From Podarcis filfolensis (taxonomy: Eukaryota), in assembly GCA_964270895.1 (NCBI GenBank), contig OZ185445.1: DNA of 64,000 bases. One strand, given 5' to 3'. Position numbers and translations under genes: made by a program. Within the stretch, counting starts at the first letter, position 1; every line of letters begins with the position of its first letter. Shown in pieces: positions 23,438-36,749 of the stretch. The notes beneath the pieces were generated by a model, which ran no database searches, was not told the DNA's origin, and saw nothing but the letters and a program-made list of their open reading frames with translations.

Positions 23438-24603
23438 TCTAGGTGATATACAATAAAAAATCCTTTAGATCAGAGTCTGTATGTTTCTGTTACCATCAGA
23501 ATTTTAAAAGATGCTAACCAAATGCTGTTTTAAGAAATATTATCATTGTCAGCCTTATGCATTTTTTTGTAACAGTGTGTCTATGCCCCCCAAGTCATCT
23601 GAATTTTAAAAAAGGATTTATTAGACTTTATTTGCAAGAGACTGATTTGCTGGTCTTACTATGAACTGGTGATTTATGTAACTTTTTTGAATGCAGATTT
23701 TATTCTGTTAGCTTACAATTCCTCATTAAGACTCATGTTTTACAATCAGCAGTTATTTGCCTATTTAAAATCGACCCATTTTATTTTACTATAATGGCTC
23801 TGTAAAATATTACCTCATTGGTAAGCTATTATGGAAGTGACAAATTAATTCTAACAGAAAATATTGTTTTAGTTATTATTTGAATTGTGTAGTTGAACAT
23901 CTCTGGATCTCTATTTTTCTCTTTAATATTTCATAAACAAGTGATCCTCAGAGATAGAAGCACTAACTTCAGAAATTCTCACAGTTGTCAGATATTCAAC
24001 TTGCCTATGGGATCAAGTGCAAGAACTGACTCTTTCCTGTATCATTGTGGGTTGAAAGGGCACTTTGAAGAAGAACACTCAGTTTTGAACAATGGTCTGT
24101 GTACCGAAATAGAAAACTTTTATTCCAAGTGAAGAAAACGCATGAAAAGGAGTCACAGAATATATTATCTTAGATTTAGCTTCACTGAGACTGTAGTTAA
24201 GCTGAAAAGCTTTGATACAGTATTTCCTCTTATTTATAGTAAAAAGAAAAAAAGCAAACAAATTATGGAGCAAAGGTAATGTGTTGCAGACAAGATTTAC
24301 ACACAGGTCCATTATAACCCAGAGAAAAACAATGTGTAGCAAGTTATGTTAAGCAAGGTGAATGTAGAGCATGTAGAAAGAGTAGTTAATAGAATTTTAA
24401 AAAGTGGAACCAGCAACAAAATGTTGCAGCATAGCATGTTCTCATTCACTGTTCCAGCCATGCTCCCCTCCACAATACTGCAGTCTATTCCCCCTCCCCG
24501 CTGCCACCATTGTCAGCCACCATCCCATGGCCATTGCTCAATTCTATTTTGAAAGGCTATTTAAAAAAAAAAAAATCATCACCTTAAGATGCATCATCGC
24601 CAC

Positions 24604-24647
<44 letters not shown>

Positions 24648-25342
24648 TCTGTCAACCTTGGGATTCCCCCAAGCCTACTGATACCTCCTTCCTGAGAATG
24701 AGGTGTTGCATTTTTGCTACATAATCAGTGGCACTCATAGTTTGAACAGAAACAGAAGGAACATGTGGGACCAACAACAAAACATAGATGTGTGGAGTGC
24801 AACTATTCCCAGGATATTCCATGCTATCCCTCCCATTTCCCAGCTTTCAATTTGCCCCCCCCCAACAATCGATTACCATTCCATGTCCACATTGGGCTGT
24901 TTTGGGATACCAATCCCTTGTGTTTTCCCCTAAAGATTTTTTATGCGTCTTCTAACCCTGGGCTTCCTCCAGGAGATTCCTCCTTGCAGATTCTTTCTCC
25001 TAGTGCATAAATGGTACTGTTTTGGCTTCAGAGTTTGAGACTCGGAGAATTGAGATCATTATTAATATATATGGTCTTATAAAGAGTCCTGGAGAATTTT
25101 CTGCTAAGTTAAGGTTAGGCATGCCAGCTGAGTAAAGATTCTTCACTCTGCTTGTCCTACCATTAACAACATTTCATACTTGTGATAACTTTTAGTTAAG
25201 AGTACTCCACCTTGCCTGAGCCATCCCCAAGTGATTTTCATCCTTACTAAAAGTTGTCTGTAGATGTTAAAAATTCCTGTCCTAATGAGAGCCCATAGTG
25301 GAAGCAAGTGAGGCAGAGTTGCCTAAAGTAATGATCTAGGCA

Positions 25343-25721
25343 AAAAGGCAAAGGACCCCTGGATGGATAAGTCCAGTCAAAGGCGACTATGGGGTTGTGG
25401 TGCTCATCTCGCTTTCAGGCCGAGGGAGCCAGTGTTTGTCCACAGACAGCTTTCCGGGTCATGTGGCCAGCATGACTAAACCATTTCTGGAACAACGGAA
25501 CACCGTAACTGAAACCAGAGCGCACGGAAACATTGCTTACCTTCCCGCTGCAGCAACACCTATTTATCTACTTGCACTGGTATGCTTTCAAACTGCTAGG
25601 TTGGCAGGAGCTGGGACAGAGCAACGGGAGCTCAGTCCATCACGGGGATTCGAACCGCCGACCTTTGGATTGGCAAGTCCAAGACGTTCAGTGGTTTAGA
25701 CCACAGTGCCACCCGCGCCCC
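25343..25721 (-). mobile_element. Sauria SINE (long variant)
   Basis: Full body, B box ggattcgaacc, aaagg tail. Confidence 0.92.
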
Positions 25722-26206
25722 AAGTAATGATCAGGCAGAAACTGGGTGTAGCAATTTAAAATGGTAGAAACTGGAGTCAAGAAATGAGTAGTCAGGCATA
25801 AGTCCTTCAGGACCTTGGACAGATCCCACGGGGAAAATACCCTGTCTGAAAAGTGCTGGGTGCTGACTGAGCTCAGCCTACTTACCTCTCCCAGATGCCA
25901 TCCTTTGCTGGACAAAGGAGGTCTTTTAAGGGCTGCAGTCCTTGTGTATCTGCTAATTCCTCTCAAGCACAGTGGCATGTAAGATCTTGAAAGTAAGGGT
26001 GCTGGACCCCTTGATGAGGTTTGGCCCAGGGGCTGCAGTGGCAGAGGTCTCTCTCTCTCTTTTTAAATTTTTTAATCATTTTTTCGATACAAACATCAAC
26101 CGCAAAAGACACATACAACAAAAACCATAATAACAATAATAACACAATTTGACAATTTGGATTTGAATACACTGATATACCTGCAACTACACATTTTTTA
26201 ACAATA

Positions 26207-26277
26207 CAGTGGTACCTCGGGTTACAGACACTTCAGGTTACATACGCTTCAGGTTACAGACTCCACTAACCCAGAAA
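26207..26277. mobile_element. Truncated Tigger/pogo-like MITE
   Basis: TA then cagtggtacctcgggtta and (cttcaggttaca) repeats as in the 59971 copy; other end missing. Confidence 0.8.
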
Positions 26278-27254
26278 AACACACATGTGTGGAAAGGATG
26301 GGGTAGTTGTTGTGACCTTGTCTAATGAAATTTCGTGTCACTTGCCAGTATATCCCTCAAAATGCCACAATTCCATAACATAACACGTACTGCAGTCTGA
26401 AAGGAACATTAGAAAACTGTATAGAAGAGTGAGCATTATAAATAGGAAAATGAATGCAATATTCCCCATGTCTGAATGCAGTCTTAATCAGCAGTGTCCT
26501 TTCCACTCAACATGAGTAGACACCATGCGTCGGAAAGGGCATGGAATGTGTCTGAAAAGTAATTTTAAAATTCTATGTTTAGTCAATCTTTCAAGGTGTT
26601 TTTAATATTCCCAAAGCCTCAGATTTCTGTTTAGATTGTTGATTTCTTTTTCAGCAAGCTGTTACCATGTTAACGCAAGGAGATAATCACTGTTATTGTA
26701 AATGTTACATAATAAAGGGTTTTTAAGGCGGAAGTCTCAAAAGAATTCAAAACCCTTTTTTAAATGCTAAGCACACACCTGAGGTATAGAGCTGTACAGC
26801 CTTATCACTGGCCCTTGAGATGTGCACTTGAGAGAGAATTAAAGTGAGACACAGGTGCAGAAAAAGGAGCATGCATTTATTTTTTAAAAAATCCAAGTTC
26901 ATAGGAGAAGGATGTAGTCTGATGGAACCTCTAGCTAGTAAAGTGCTTTCTCAGATTCTGCCCCTCCCCGTTGAGAAGATGTTTCTGGTAACACATGCCC
27001 ATTTCCATGAAAACAATTTCTATAAGAAAGTCTTTATGTTCAGCAACTAGTTCTTTTTCTCAAAAGCAATTTTAAAAAATGTGTGCAAACATGTTTTTGA
27101 AACGAAGGCTTTCCATGATTATGGAATAATTTCATAAAGCGTATCTGTGAAATGGATCCCTTTCTCAAACACCCTGCTTCCTCCAAACCACTCATTTCAG
27201 AGCCAAACAACAGCAGCCATGTTTTATTTGCGTATTTTAAATGTTTAAAACCAG

Positions 27255-27385
27255 GGCTGGGGAACCTGAGACCTTCCAGACATTTCCGGACTGCAGTTCC
27301 CATCATCCTTGACCTGACCTTTGAACCTGCTGGCTGGGGTTCATGGGATTTGAAGAACCTCTGAAGGGTTACAGGTTCCACACAC
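27255..27385. mobile_element. hAT-type MITE
   Basis: cagggctggggaacctg ... acaggttccacac inverted ends; ggactgcagttcccatcatcc core. Confidence 0.55.
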
Positions 27386-28050
27386 ATATCTTAAAGCCTT
27401 TGTTAGCATAGCTAGTAATTTGCAACAGAAAGGATATGTAAAATGGATAGGATAAAGAAAATATTTAAAAATGCAAAAATCCAATTGTTTCCAAAAAGTG
27501 GTGTAAGTTATTCAACATCTATATGCACGTTTCAGGTGTTCAAAATGCTTTGCATGCATTATCTCAGTCATCTTTACAAATTTATCAGTGTTGTGACTGG
27601 TTGAGGTTGAGGGGATAGTGGCCTACCTAAAGCTACCCAGTGAGTTCGTGGCTGAGAGGGAATCTGATCTGTCACAGCTCACCCACTCCTAACCATGGCT
27701 TCTTATCAGTACTTTTGTTTTCATTCAACAAGAGCAGAACTCATGCCGCTGCGTGAAGGTGGCCAGGCGATGTTTACAAGCAGTGACTCGCATCCCACAA
27801 ATTGTGAGGATAGTTCTGCTAGTGAAATGGGGCTCTCAGCTTTCCTTCAGACCACCAAAAGCTGCTTCAGAAGATTGGGACAAGTTCTGGAAGAGTATGA
27901 GTTGTAAGAAGAGGTGCAACCTGGGTGGCTGCAGTGGAAAGACGGAATCAGCATAAATGGGAGACTAGCTCTTGAACAAGTAAAAAGCACTGATGCTTCA
28001 TTGTATAGCTCTATTCAGCCAATTATCAGACAGAAGAGGCAATGTGAGTA

Positions 28051-28276
28051 TAGTGGTACCTCGGGTTAAGAACTTAATTCGTTCTGGAGGTCCTTTCTTG
28101 ACCTGAAACTGTTCTTAACCTGAAGCACCACTTTAGCTAATGGAGCCTCCTGCTGCCGCCGCGCTGCCACCGTGCAATTTCTGTTCTCATCCTGAAGCAA
28201 AGTTCTTAACCCGAGGTACTATTTCTGGGTTAGCAGAGTCTGTAACCTGAAGCGTCTGTAACCCAAGGTACCACTG
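28051..28276. mobile_element. Tigger/pogo-like MITE
   Basis: TIR (t/c)agtggtacctcgggtta / taacccaaggtaccactg with TA on both sides. Confidence 0.9.
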
Positions 28277-28379
28277 TATAGCTCTATTCAGTCATTATCA
28301 GACAGAAGAGGCAATGTGAGTACTGCAAGGCTATTGGACCATGCATTTAGCCCTAACTAATGGAACTCTCCTTGGCTTC

Positions 28380-28719
28380 AGGACCAGGTCAACCCATGAG
28401 GCAAAGTGAGGCGACCGTCTCAGGTGGCAGGATCCACACAGGCTGCAAATCTACAAGGACTACAAGGAATACATCACCAGTTGCTGCTGCTGCTGTGGTA
28501 GCAGCAATAATTGCAGCATGCTTCTTGGAGGCTGATCTGCTGCCTTCTTGTCAACCCCCCCCCATGGCCTCTATAGTGGCCTCTTGGTGAGTGGGAGGCG
28601 CTGTTGGTCTCCTCTCACCCTTTGTTTATGATGCAGATCTTCACTCAGCCCTTCTTCCATGGTTTGTGGTAGGCATTTTGTGGTTTGCCTCAGGTGCTGG
28701 AATGTCTTGGGCTGGTCCT
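28380..28719. mobile_element. hAT-like non-autonomous element
   Basis: Inverted ends aggaccag / ctggtcct; shares ends with 12871. Confidence 0.5.
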
Positions 28720-28886
28720 ACATTGCCAAGAGGGAAGTCCTGTTGTATCTAAGGAGGGTTTCCATCCAACTGACAACATTGCTCTTCCTGCTGCAGAAGG
28801 ACACTCTCCACATGAAAGGCACCAGGAGAGTCTTGTGAGCTTGTGAGCAGGGCAAAACATTCAGCCCCGTAGATACCCTTTGCCCC

Positions 28887-29292
28887 GAGAAAAACTACCG
28901 ACGAAAGAAGAATGGCTTATGAAATTAATGGACTATGCAGAATTAGATAAGATGACAGGAAGGATTCGAAACCTGCAGGGTCATAGATTCTCAGAGGACT
29001 GGAGTAAATATGTGAATTATTTGAAAAGCAATTGTAATCAACAGATTACGCTAGTAGGATTGCAAGAAGTTTTGTAAGGAGGACTATGCGAAATATTGCA
29101 GAGAAAAGTATGAAGAGAATTATTAGTGAAGGACTATTAAAAGTAATAGTGAAACTAATGAAATGCACATTAAGTGATAATCTTCAGATGTGCTTGATGG
29201 AAGTCCAAAACATTGTATAAGATAAGAAAATATGTTGTATGATTATTGGAAATTTTATGTAAAAATCAATAAAAATATATTTTAAAAAATCA
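28887..29292 (+). mobile_element. L1 3' fragment (ORF2 C-terminus and 3' UTR)
   Basis: EKLPTKEEWLMKLMDYAELDKMTGRIRN...WSKYVNYL; AATAAA and A-rich tail; TSD tttgcccc. Confidence 0.85.
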
Positions 29293-30990
29293 TTTGCCCC
29301 TGTGTTGCCTCGTGCGTCTGCTGAGTACCTCCCATAATCACCAATTTCAAATGTGATATGTGCCATTATTTCACCAGCAGAGAATTGTTCTTTCTGAGCA
29401 TCAACATTTAAATTGTTGCAAAGATGGAAAATGTGAATATGAATTTGTCACACAGAAGATATGGAGAGTAAAATCTGTACATAAGCTCCTTTTTTTGTGT
29501 GGGTGGTTTTTTAAAAACTGGTTTCTGACTTATGCAGGCTGATGTTTGATGTAAAAATGCATCCTATAACTGAACTACACTGAGTCCTTCCCTCCCCCTG
29601 CTGCAGGTATCCTTGTCAGTCTCTTTAAAGTTGAACAGGGCAATCCTGGACATGTCTCCTTAGAGGTCAGCCTCACCTAGTACAGTGGGACTCACTCCCA
29701 AGGAAGTGTGTCTCAAATTGCAGCTTAACTGTGTTTCATTCAATTTTACAGTAGATGCATCCATTCTAAATCTTAGATGAGCTGTCTTGATCTCCTCCAT
29801 GTCATCTCTTTTCTGCCTGCATCTGAAAGTGTAGCAACCAAAACTCTCATGCACTACTCCCACTGAGATCTCATCATTCCTTGAATAGATTGTTTTTGTT
29901 GATGCATCCTAAAACTGAATTTGCTTCCCGATTCAGGCTTATCCTATGATACTTAAATCCTTCTCATCATTGTTTCTGACAGGACAGTAAACCTCAAATT
30001 GTATTTATGGTTTTGTTCTTCCACCTTGTCCCTTATGCAATATGTTACATCAATCCTTAATTTAACTGTACTGATTTCCTATACTGTACTGATTTTGTTC
30101 TAATTAAATTCATCACTGCTGCTTTGAATTCCAACCCTGGTTGTTGTTGTTATTAAAAATAGCGTGTGTTATGGCATAATTTTCTTTGTTCAAGTACTCC
30201 ATCAACACATGTGCGATCCCATTAGCGTTTGACCTTCTATATTAATAGTTGTTCATATTTTGTTTCTTTATTTAACCTTCTTTGCTGTGGCTAATTGTTG
30301 GGAATAGCATACAGACTATGCCAAAGGCTTTCCTAAATGTCTGTACATGATGGGAAAGTTTATAGACAAAGTCAAACTATGGTTTGACCCTACGTGAAAA
30401 AGGCTCAATCATTGGGGATTAATGTCAGTAGTCCTTGGACTACTGTTAGGATGTAAAATTTATTAAGCTGCCTTTAACTCTGTGGGGGTGTATCTAGGGA
30501 TGGAAGGCTCTGACCATTTTGGTTCTCTCAGTTTCTCATTTGTTCGCTCTTAAATTCAGCTCTAAACATTTTGCATCAATTCTTAAAAAAAGAATCTGCA
30601 TAAAATTGACCAGCATTAAATGAACACATTTTTATATGCAGTTTTGAATAATGTACACATTTCTGCAGGCCATTTCCCCTACTATAATGCATGTTTTGGC
30701 ATGTTATTTTCACTAAAAAACCACTTTAAGGGTTGTTTCTAAACAAGCAGTATAGAAATGTTAATGAAATAAACAAATAAAGAATACCTACATTGTTTCG
30801 CACACATTCCCCTAACATATGCAACAGGAAAATGAATGCAATATTCATCATGTCTGAATGCAACCTTGACATATGCGGAAGCAACATGGATTGGAATCCT
30901 GAGTTCTAAATCATACAGGCATCCTTCACATACACATCAGGCAAAAATTTGCCCTGAATGCCTGATAAACTGGAATAAATTGCTTGATAA

Positions 30991-31348
30991 AGGTAAAGGT
31001 ACCCCTGACCATTAGGTCCAGTCGCAAATGACTCTGGAGTTGCACACTCATCTCTCTCTATAGGCTGAGGGATCCGGCGTTTGTCCGCAGACAGCTTCCG
31101 AGTCATGTGGCCAGCATGACTAAGCCGCTTCTGGCAAACCAGAGCAGCACACGGAAACGCTGTTTACCTTCCTGCCGGAGTGGTACCTATTTATCTACTT
31201 GCACTTTGACATGCTTTCGAACTGCTAGGTTGGCAGGAGCAGGGACTGAGCAATGGGAGCTCACCCCGTCGTGGGGATTCGAACCGCTGACATTATGATT
31301 GGCAAGCCCTAGGCGCTGTGGTTTAACCCACAGCGCCACCTGCATCCC
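30991..31348 (-). mobile_element. Sauria SINE (short variant)
   Basis: Tail, body, B box; TSD ttgcttgataa. Confidence 0.93.
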
Positions 31349-31467
31349 TAAGTTGCTTGATAAGCAGGGTTAAAAGTGCATCCCTGCAGCCTCTTTGTGT
31401 TCATGACCACTGGAAGCCCACTCAGAGCATTGGTCCACCTAGCTCCATATTATTGTCTGCTCTGACT

Positions 31468-31570
31468 GACAACAGCTCTCCAGGGTTTCAGACTGTAGAT
31501 ATTCCCATTCCTATCTGGAGATGCTGGGGAAGGAAACTGGGACCTTTGGGATGCAAAGCAGATGCTCTAT
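31468..31570 (-). mobile_element. tRNA SINE fragment (Squam2-like)
   Basis: ctctccagggtttcag..ctggagatgctggg..ctgggacct..gcaaagcagatgctct as in 40688 and 62955. Confidence 0.6.
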
Positions 31571-32269
31571 TGTTCTGGTCCTTCTTCATGAGAATGATGA
31601 CTGAATAGAGCTTTAGGTTTCTTTGGATATAACTCTACACACTTATTATTTCCTTAAGCCCTCCTTACTGACAAAGTCCTCACCCTCCATTTCCTTTCTT
31701 GGTGCTTTTCTGTCCTTCAAACATTCATTGTACTGCCCCTTTGGCTTTCTTCCACTGTTGTCCTGACGCTTTCTTTTGGAGTCTGAAGCAGGCAGATTGC
31801 AGCAACCATGTCCCATTTGACAAACAAGATGGAGCCTCCCAGTGTTCAAGAGATTCACTCCCAAAGTTGCTAAAAGCTGCTGGTTGTTTGGTATTGTGCA
31901 TATTTTGAAATAAAATGTTCAGCAGAGCTGAAATTTACTAAATTTGAACACTTAGCCATCTGGAGCATTAGATGCTTAATTACCGCAGAAAGAGTTGTGA
32001 ATTAACAATATGAGACAGCTTCCACTTTCCAGTGGAAGATTTTGATTAGGTTTGAGCCTTTTATTCCTCACAAAAAGGATATATGCAAGTAGGTCACGTC
32101 CTGCCTACAACTAATGCCTTCTTTCAGTTGATTTTTTTCTTCTCACAAAAATCTTATCTTTGTCAGAAGCTTTATACAGAAGTGGTAAAACTCCTATCTT
32201 TTAAAGCAAAGTAGTGATGACGACAATTAAATAAGAAATGGAGAAAAACACCAGACACAGAAGAGTATT

Positions 32270-32272
<3 letters not shown>

Positions 32273-32352
<80 letters not shown>
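32273..32352. repeat. Compound (CT)n(CA)n microsatellite
   Basis: Direct reading. Confidence 0.95.
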
Positions 32353-32354
<2 letters not shown>

Positions 32355-33288
32355 CACTCTCTCATATTCTGCAAGGGCTTGACTTACTGGGATTTCAATG
32401 TTAACTGTTTGTAATATTTGCATATGATGAGCTCCTTGAAAAAAATACAAACTTGAGTGGCGGACATTGAGAATGAAACAAGAAAACCTTTGTCCCTCTT
32501 GCCCAAGGCAAGTAAAAGTATAATACTCCTGCCCTGCTTGCCAAGAGGCCTTCAGTCAACACTCCTAGCATTTCTGACAACTGAGACAACGGTTAGGCCT
32601 AAAGGCATTCAAACGTGACATTTCAAATAGAAGGTGCATTGAGGTGTAAGAACCGTGGAGTGGATTTTCCTGCAATACAAAGATAAATTTACAGTCGGTT
32701 GCATCCCAGTGCTTTTCATTGAAGGTTTCCCTCCCCCAATTGTGCTGCATCGGGGAATAAAATTTACAAGTTGCTTGAGACAGTAGCTTTTAGTGCTCTT
32801 TTGAAAAGAGGAGTAAAATTTACAAGTTGCTGATTAAGGGTTGCAGTACACCACACTATTGGTTTTTTGTGGTTTCCAGAAAGTCAAATTTGCTAAACAT
32901 TTTTTACGAGCCGGCTTGATTTTCACTGCAGCAAGTGGGGAGTGTCTGTGGGACAGTGTCCAAAGCAGTCCACAGCAATTCTCCCTTTATGCTCTCTTCA
33001 TGAGAAAACTGTGCTAACCGCTTAATCATGAGTAGGGGGGCGATTATCTGTCCTAAATACAGCGCACTCTACTTGTTCCATATGCGCTTATTGGGAGAAT
33101 CTATTACCACCGATGCCACCCCTCCCCCGCAACTGTATAGGTAACTAGCATGGTAGTGATTTGCAATCAGTGCTAAATGTTGTAGCTTGGTTTTCAAGTT
33201 ACATCTGCTAGATGGGGATGGCTTTTGATCATTCCATAGGGCGGCTTCATCACACAGTGAATTTTTGTATGTAGGGGCTCACCAAACA

Positions 33289-33331
33289 CAGACCCGCCAA
33301 CATTTCTCTGATGAAAATAGGGACGTCCTAT

Positions 33332-33376
<45 letters not shown>

Positions 33377-33694
33377 GTACTGTTTATACCATACCCATTT
33401 GACTGAGTTGCCCCAGCTACTCTAGGCAGCTTCCAACTGATTAAAAATATATATATAAAAATTAAACATAAAAAATTCCCTATACAGGGCTGCCTTCAGA
33501 TGTCTTCTAAAGGTTGTAGAGTTACTTATCTCCTTGCCTCGGGGGTTGCATAACTCCATATCCTGCAATATTTCTCCAATTAAAATAGGGGTATCCTAAG
33601 GAAAAGAGGGATATTCTGGGATCAGATCAGAAACCAGGACAGCTTCAGTAAATCTGGGACTGTCCCTGGAAAATAAGGACACTTGGAGGGTATG
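33289..33694. mobile_element. Composite MITE enclosing an L2 3' end
   Basis: Inverted ends cagacccgccaa / ttggagggtatg; inside are (AAT)n plus L2-type 3' sequence (gggctgccttcagatgtcttctaaagg) and a second copy of the left subterminal segment near 33558-33597. Confidence 0.6.
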
Positions 33695-34149
33695 CAATGA
33701 GCACTCACTGCTTCCATTAATGGACTTTGGATCACACAACTCTCATTAGCCCTGGCCTTAAAGGTGTGATAAGGGACATCTGTGCTCAGCTTCAGTATTC
33801 AGAAATCCCGGCAGCTACTAATACAGACTAACAAATCAGGCCGCAAAGATCTATTTCTCCACAGAAGCCTCCTTGCTTACCCAGCTGAAGAGCAGGTCTG
33901 ATCTCCAAAGAAACCACAGGGAAAGAAAGGGCCTGGGATAGCGGACTCCACTGTCCCTCAGAAAACCCGCCATGCCTTAATCCATACGGAGAGGAGAAGC
34001 AATCATAGCGAACATCCCTCACATATGTAAAGGCAAAAGTCATGTTGTGGTGATTGTGATCTTTTTTTTGCGATGCCACTGCATCAAAATGAATGTGCAA
34101 ACTAGCTTGAACTCCCCCACCTCTACATAAGCATTTGTGGTGTTGTTGG

Positions 34150-34379
34150 CAGGGGAGGAAGAAGGGGTGGGTGGTGGGTGCGGTCCGACCTGGGTGTCAC
34201 TACTTAGGGGGTGACAAAATGCCGGGCGGCACTCACTGCGGGGCCTGCAGCGCATCTGAGCCACGCGTCTCTCCTGGTAGAGACACGGTGTCTTGGGAGT
34301 GCGCAGGCTCCGCATTGCCCAAAGGTCTGCCCACTGCCTCCCCCCCAGCTGTAAGGCGGCTGAGTGGGAGGAGGCAGGC

Positions 34380-34426
<47 letters not shown>

Positions 34427-34853
34427 TTATTATTTATACCCTGCCCATCTGGCTGGGTTTCCCCAGCCACTCTGGGTGGCTCCCAACAGAATATTAAAAA
34501 CACGATAAAACATCAAACATTCAAAACTTCCCTAAACAGGGCTGCCTTCAGATATCTTCTAAAAGTCACACAGTTGTTTATTTCCTTAACATCTGGTGGG
34601 AGGGCGTTCCACAGGGCAGGCGCCACTACTGAGAAGGCCCTCTGCCTGGTTCCCTGTAACTTGGCTTCTCACAGCGAGGGAACCGCCAGAAGGCCCTCAG
34701 CACTGGACCTCAGTGTCTGGGCAGAATGATGGGGGTGGAGATGCTCCTTCAGGCAGACTCTAGAGGCCCCGCTGTCCACCCTGCCCCTTTGAGTGGCTCT
34801 CCCTGCCCCTGGGCACCCCGCCCTAGGCGCCCAAGCAGCTTCCTCTGCCACTG
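34150..34853. mobile_element. GC-rich hAT-type element with nested L2
   Basis: Ends caggggaggaag / cttcctctgccactg; 8-bp TSD gttgttgg / gttgctgg. Confidence 0.7.
34381..34752 (-). mobile_element. L2 3' fragment with (TAA)n tail
   Basis: Near-identical to the 118-570 family; flanked by aggca(g) repeats. Confidence 0.88.
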
Positions 34854-36749
34854 GTTGCTGGTGACCTGTTTTAGGGTTCGGAGCTTGTTAGCAGACTCAT
34901 TCCCATTTTCTTGTAACTTGAAAGAATATTTGGGGCTACACACAAAGTGGCAGAGAGTGATGGCACATCAAAGTAAGGCTTTGTGATATGACAAGGGCAA
35001 GGCTTAGCTGTACCCTAATGACAGAGCACCGCTCTTCAACCAGTGTTTATAGGTAGCCTGTTTCTGAACAGACTTGAAATCAGGACATTACATATAAAAC
35101 CTTGTGGCTTTTGAAAATAAGCATGCCATTGGCTTCATCTCCTTGGCTTGTGAAAAGTTTCTAGTAGCGCCCTCTGTGCTTTATAATTCTAGTACTGTAG
35201 AAGTTTCAATGGAGGGTGAAAAGCAGCGTCATGTTCTTTGAAAAGGTGGGAAATTCAGCTAGAATGCAGTCAGCTTAAATCATGAGAGACACATGTTTCA
35301 CACTAACTCCCTCAGGCTAATTTATGACAAAATTTAATTTAATCGTACCAGGGGCTGCAAGTATACACTTTTTGCATCAATTTCACATTTCAGACTGGTT
35401 GATTCAGCATGACTTCCTGGAATTGAAGCAAAACATATTAAAGCATTCAGTATGCAGGACAATTTTTCTAGCCAAAGCAAAATCTCCTTAAGCCACACAC
35501 ATAACTTGACGTTACTAAAAAAATAATTAAAGAATGAATTAATTCATCAAGGAATTTTGGCTAAGGGATCCCTGTTCTGCCCTGCTATTGTTAACATAAA
35601 TATTTGACAGATGAAGCTGTTTAACATGACAGCTGAATGTATAGATAGTGGGTATCTAGCTAAAATAAAATCCAAATTTTGGTTTATCTTTAAAAAATGC
35701 ACAATAGAATATTGTCTTATTTTATCTCGGATTCTCATATCATTTGTTTAATTTTCTGTCCTTCTCTACTCATGTTACTATCTCTGTACAAATCAATAAT
35801 AATTCTTCAAGGCAAGTGCATAATCTACAAATTATGTGGTGTGTTTTTTTAAAAAAATTGCCTATTTGTTCCTAATTCGTAAGGAATCACATAAAATCAC
35901 ATAAAGCAAATCTAATCACCTACATGTTTAACTAAGGCTACAAACGTACATTTACTTGTGGGCCCTTAATTTCCAGAAAGTGAGAGGAAGCTGTTTTGAA
36001 CCATTTTTTATTTTTCTGCAAGAAAACAGAATTTCTATCACCAGTAGATCATTTTCTTCTACCTATCACCTCTGTATTTTATCAGGGATCAGTTGAAGAA
36101 TAAGTCAAGCCATCGTTTTTTGTTTTTATTTTAGTTCAGGGAAAAGTGTGTTTATGTGTATGTCTCTATCCATATATGTGAAACATAGAAAGTCAGCTAG
36201 AACAGTAAGGCTTCATTCGCTGTATTGCCCTTCTATTATTCCACACTTCCTGTGGTTTTTCAGATTGTTAACTAACCACTGCTACTGCTAATCTGTTCTT
36301 CTGTGTGTGTCATTTGCTGGACACTGTCCAATAGAGAGAGTGGAAATAGCAATAGCAGCAGGAGAGGTTTAGCTGCAATAGGATTACCAGATTTTCTATG
36401 ACTCTGTTTGGAGGCTGCTCATTCTATTGTGTTCCACTGGAACACAGAGGTGACCTGCTCAGGAGAAGATCGCCTTCTGTCTCAACTTCTGCCCATCAAT
36501 GTCTCCTTTTTGTCACTCTGCGGGACACAGATTGCTTTGCTATTATCTTCCTCCCAACAGCTTTATGTTTGTAGTATCAAACTGTCTGTATTCTGGGCCT
36601 GACAGACACAGTTTGATATTCTGTATCATTATACCAACTGAGTTTATCTCCCATTCTGCATTTCAACAAGACTGGCTATTATAGCTTCTTTTTCTATACT
36701 ATGCTCTCCAGGTAGAGTCAGTCAGTCAGGTGTCTGCCCACTTCGTCCC

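Noticed and set aside
30490-30760. AT-rich segment resembling a common lizard interspersed repeat
   Set aside because: Termini and family could not be defined, so not called as a feature.
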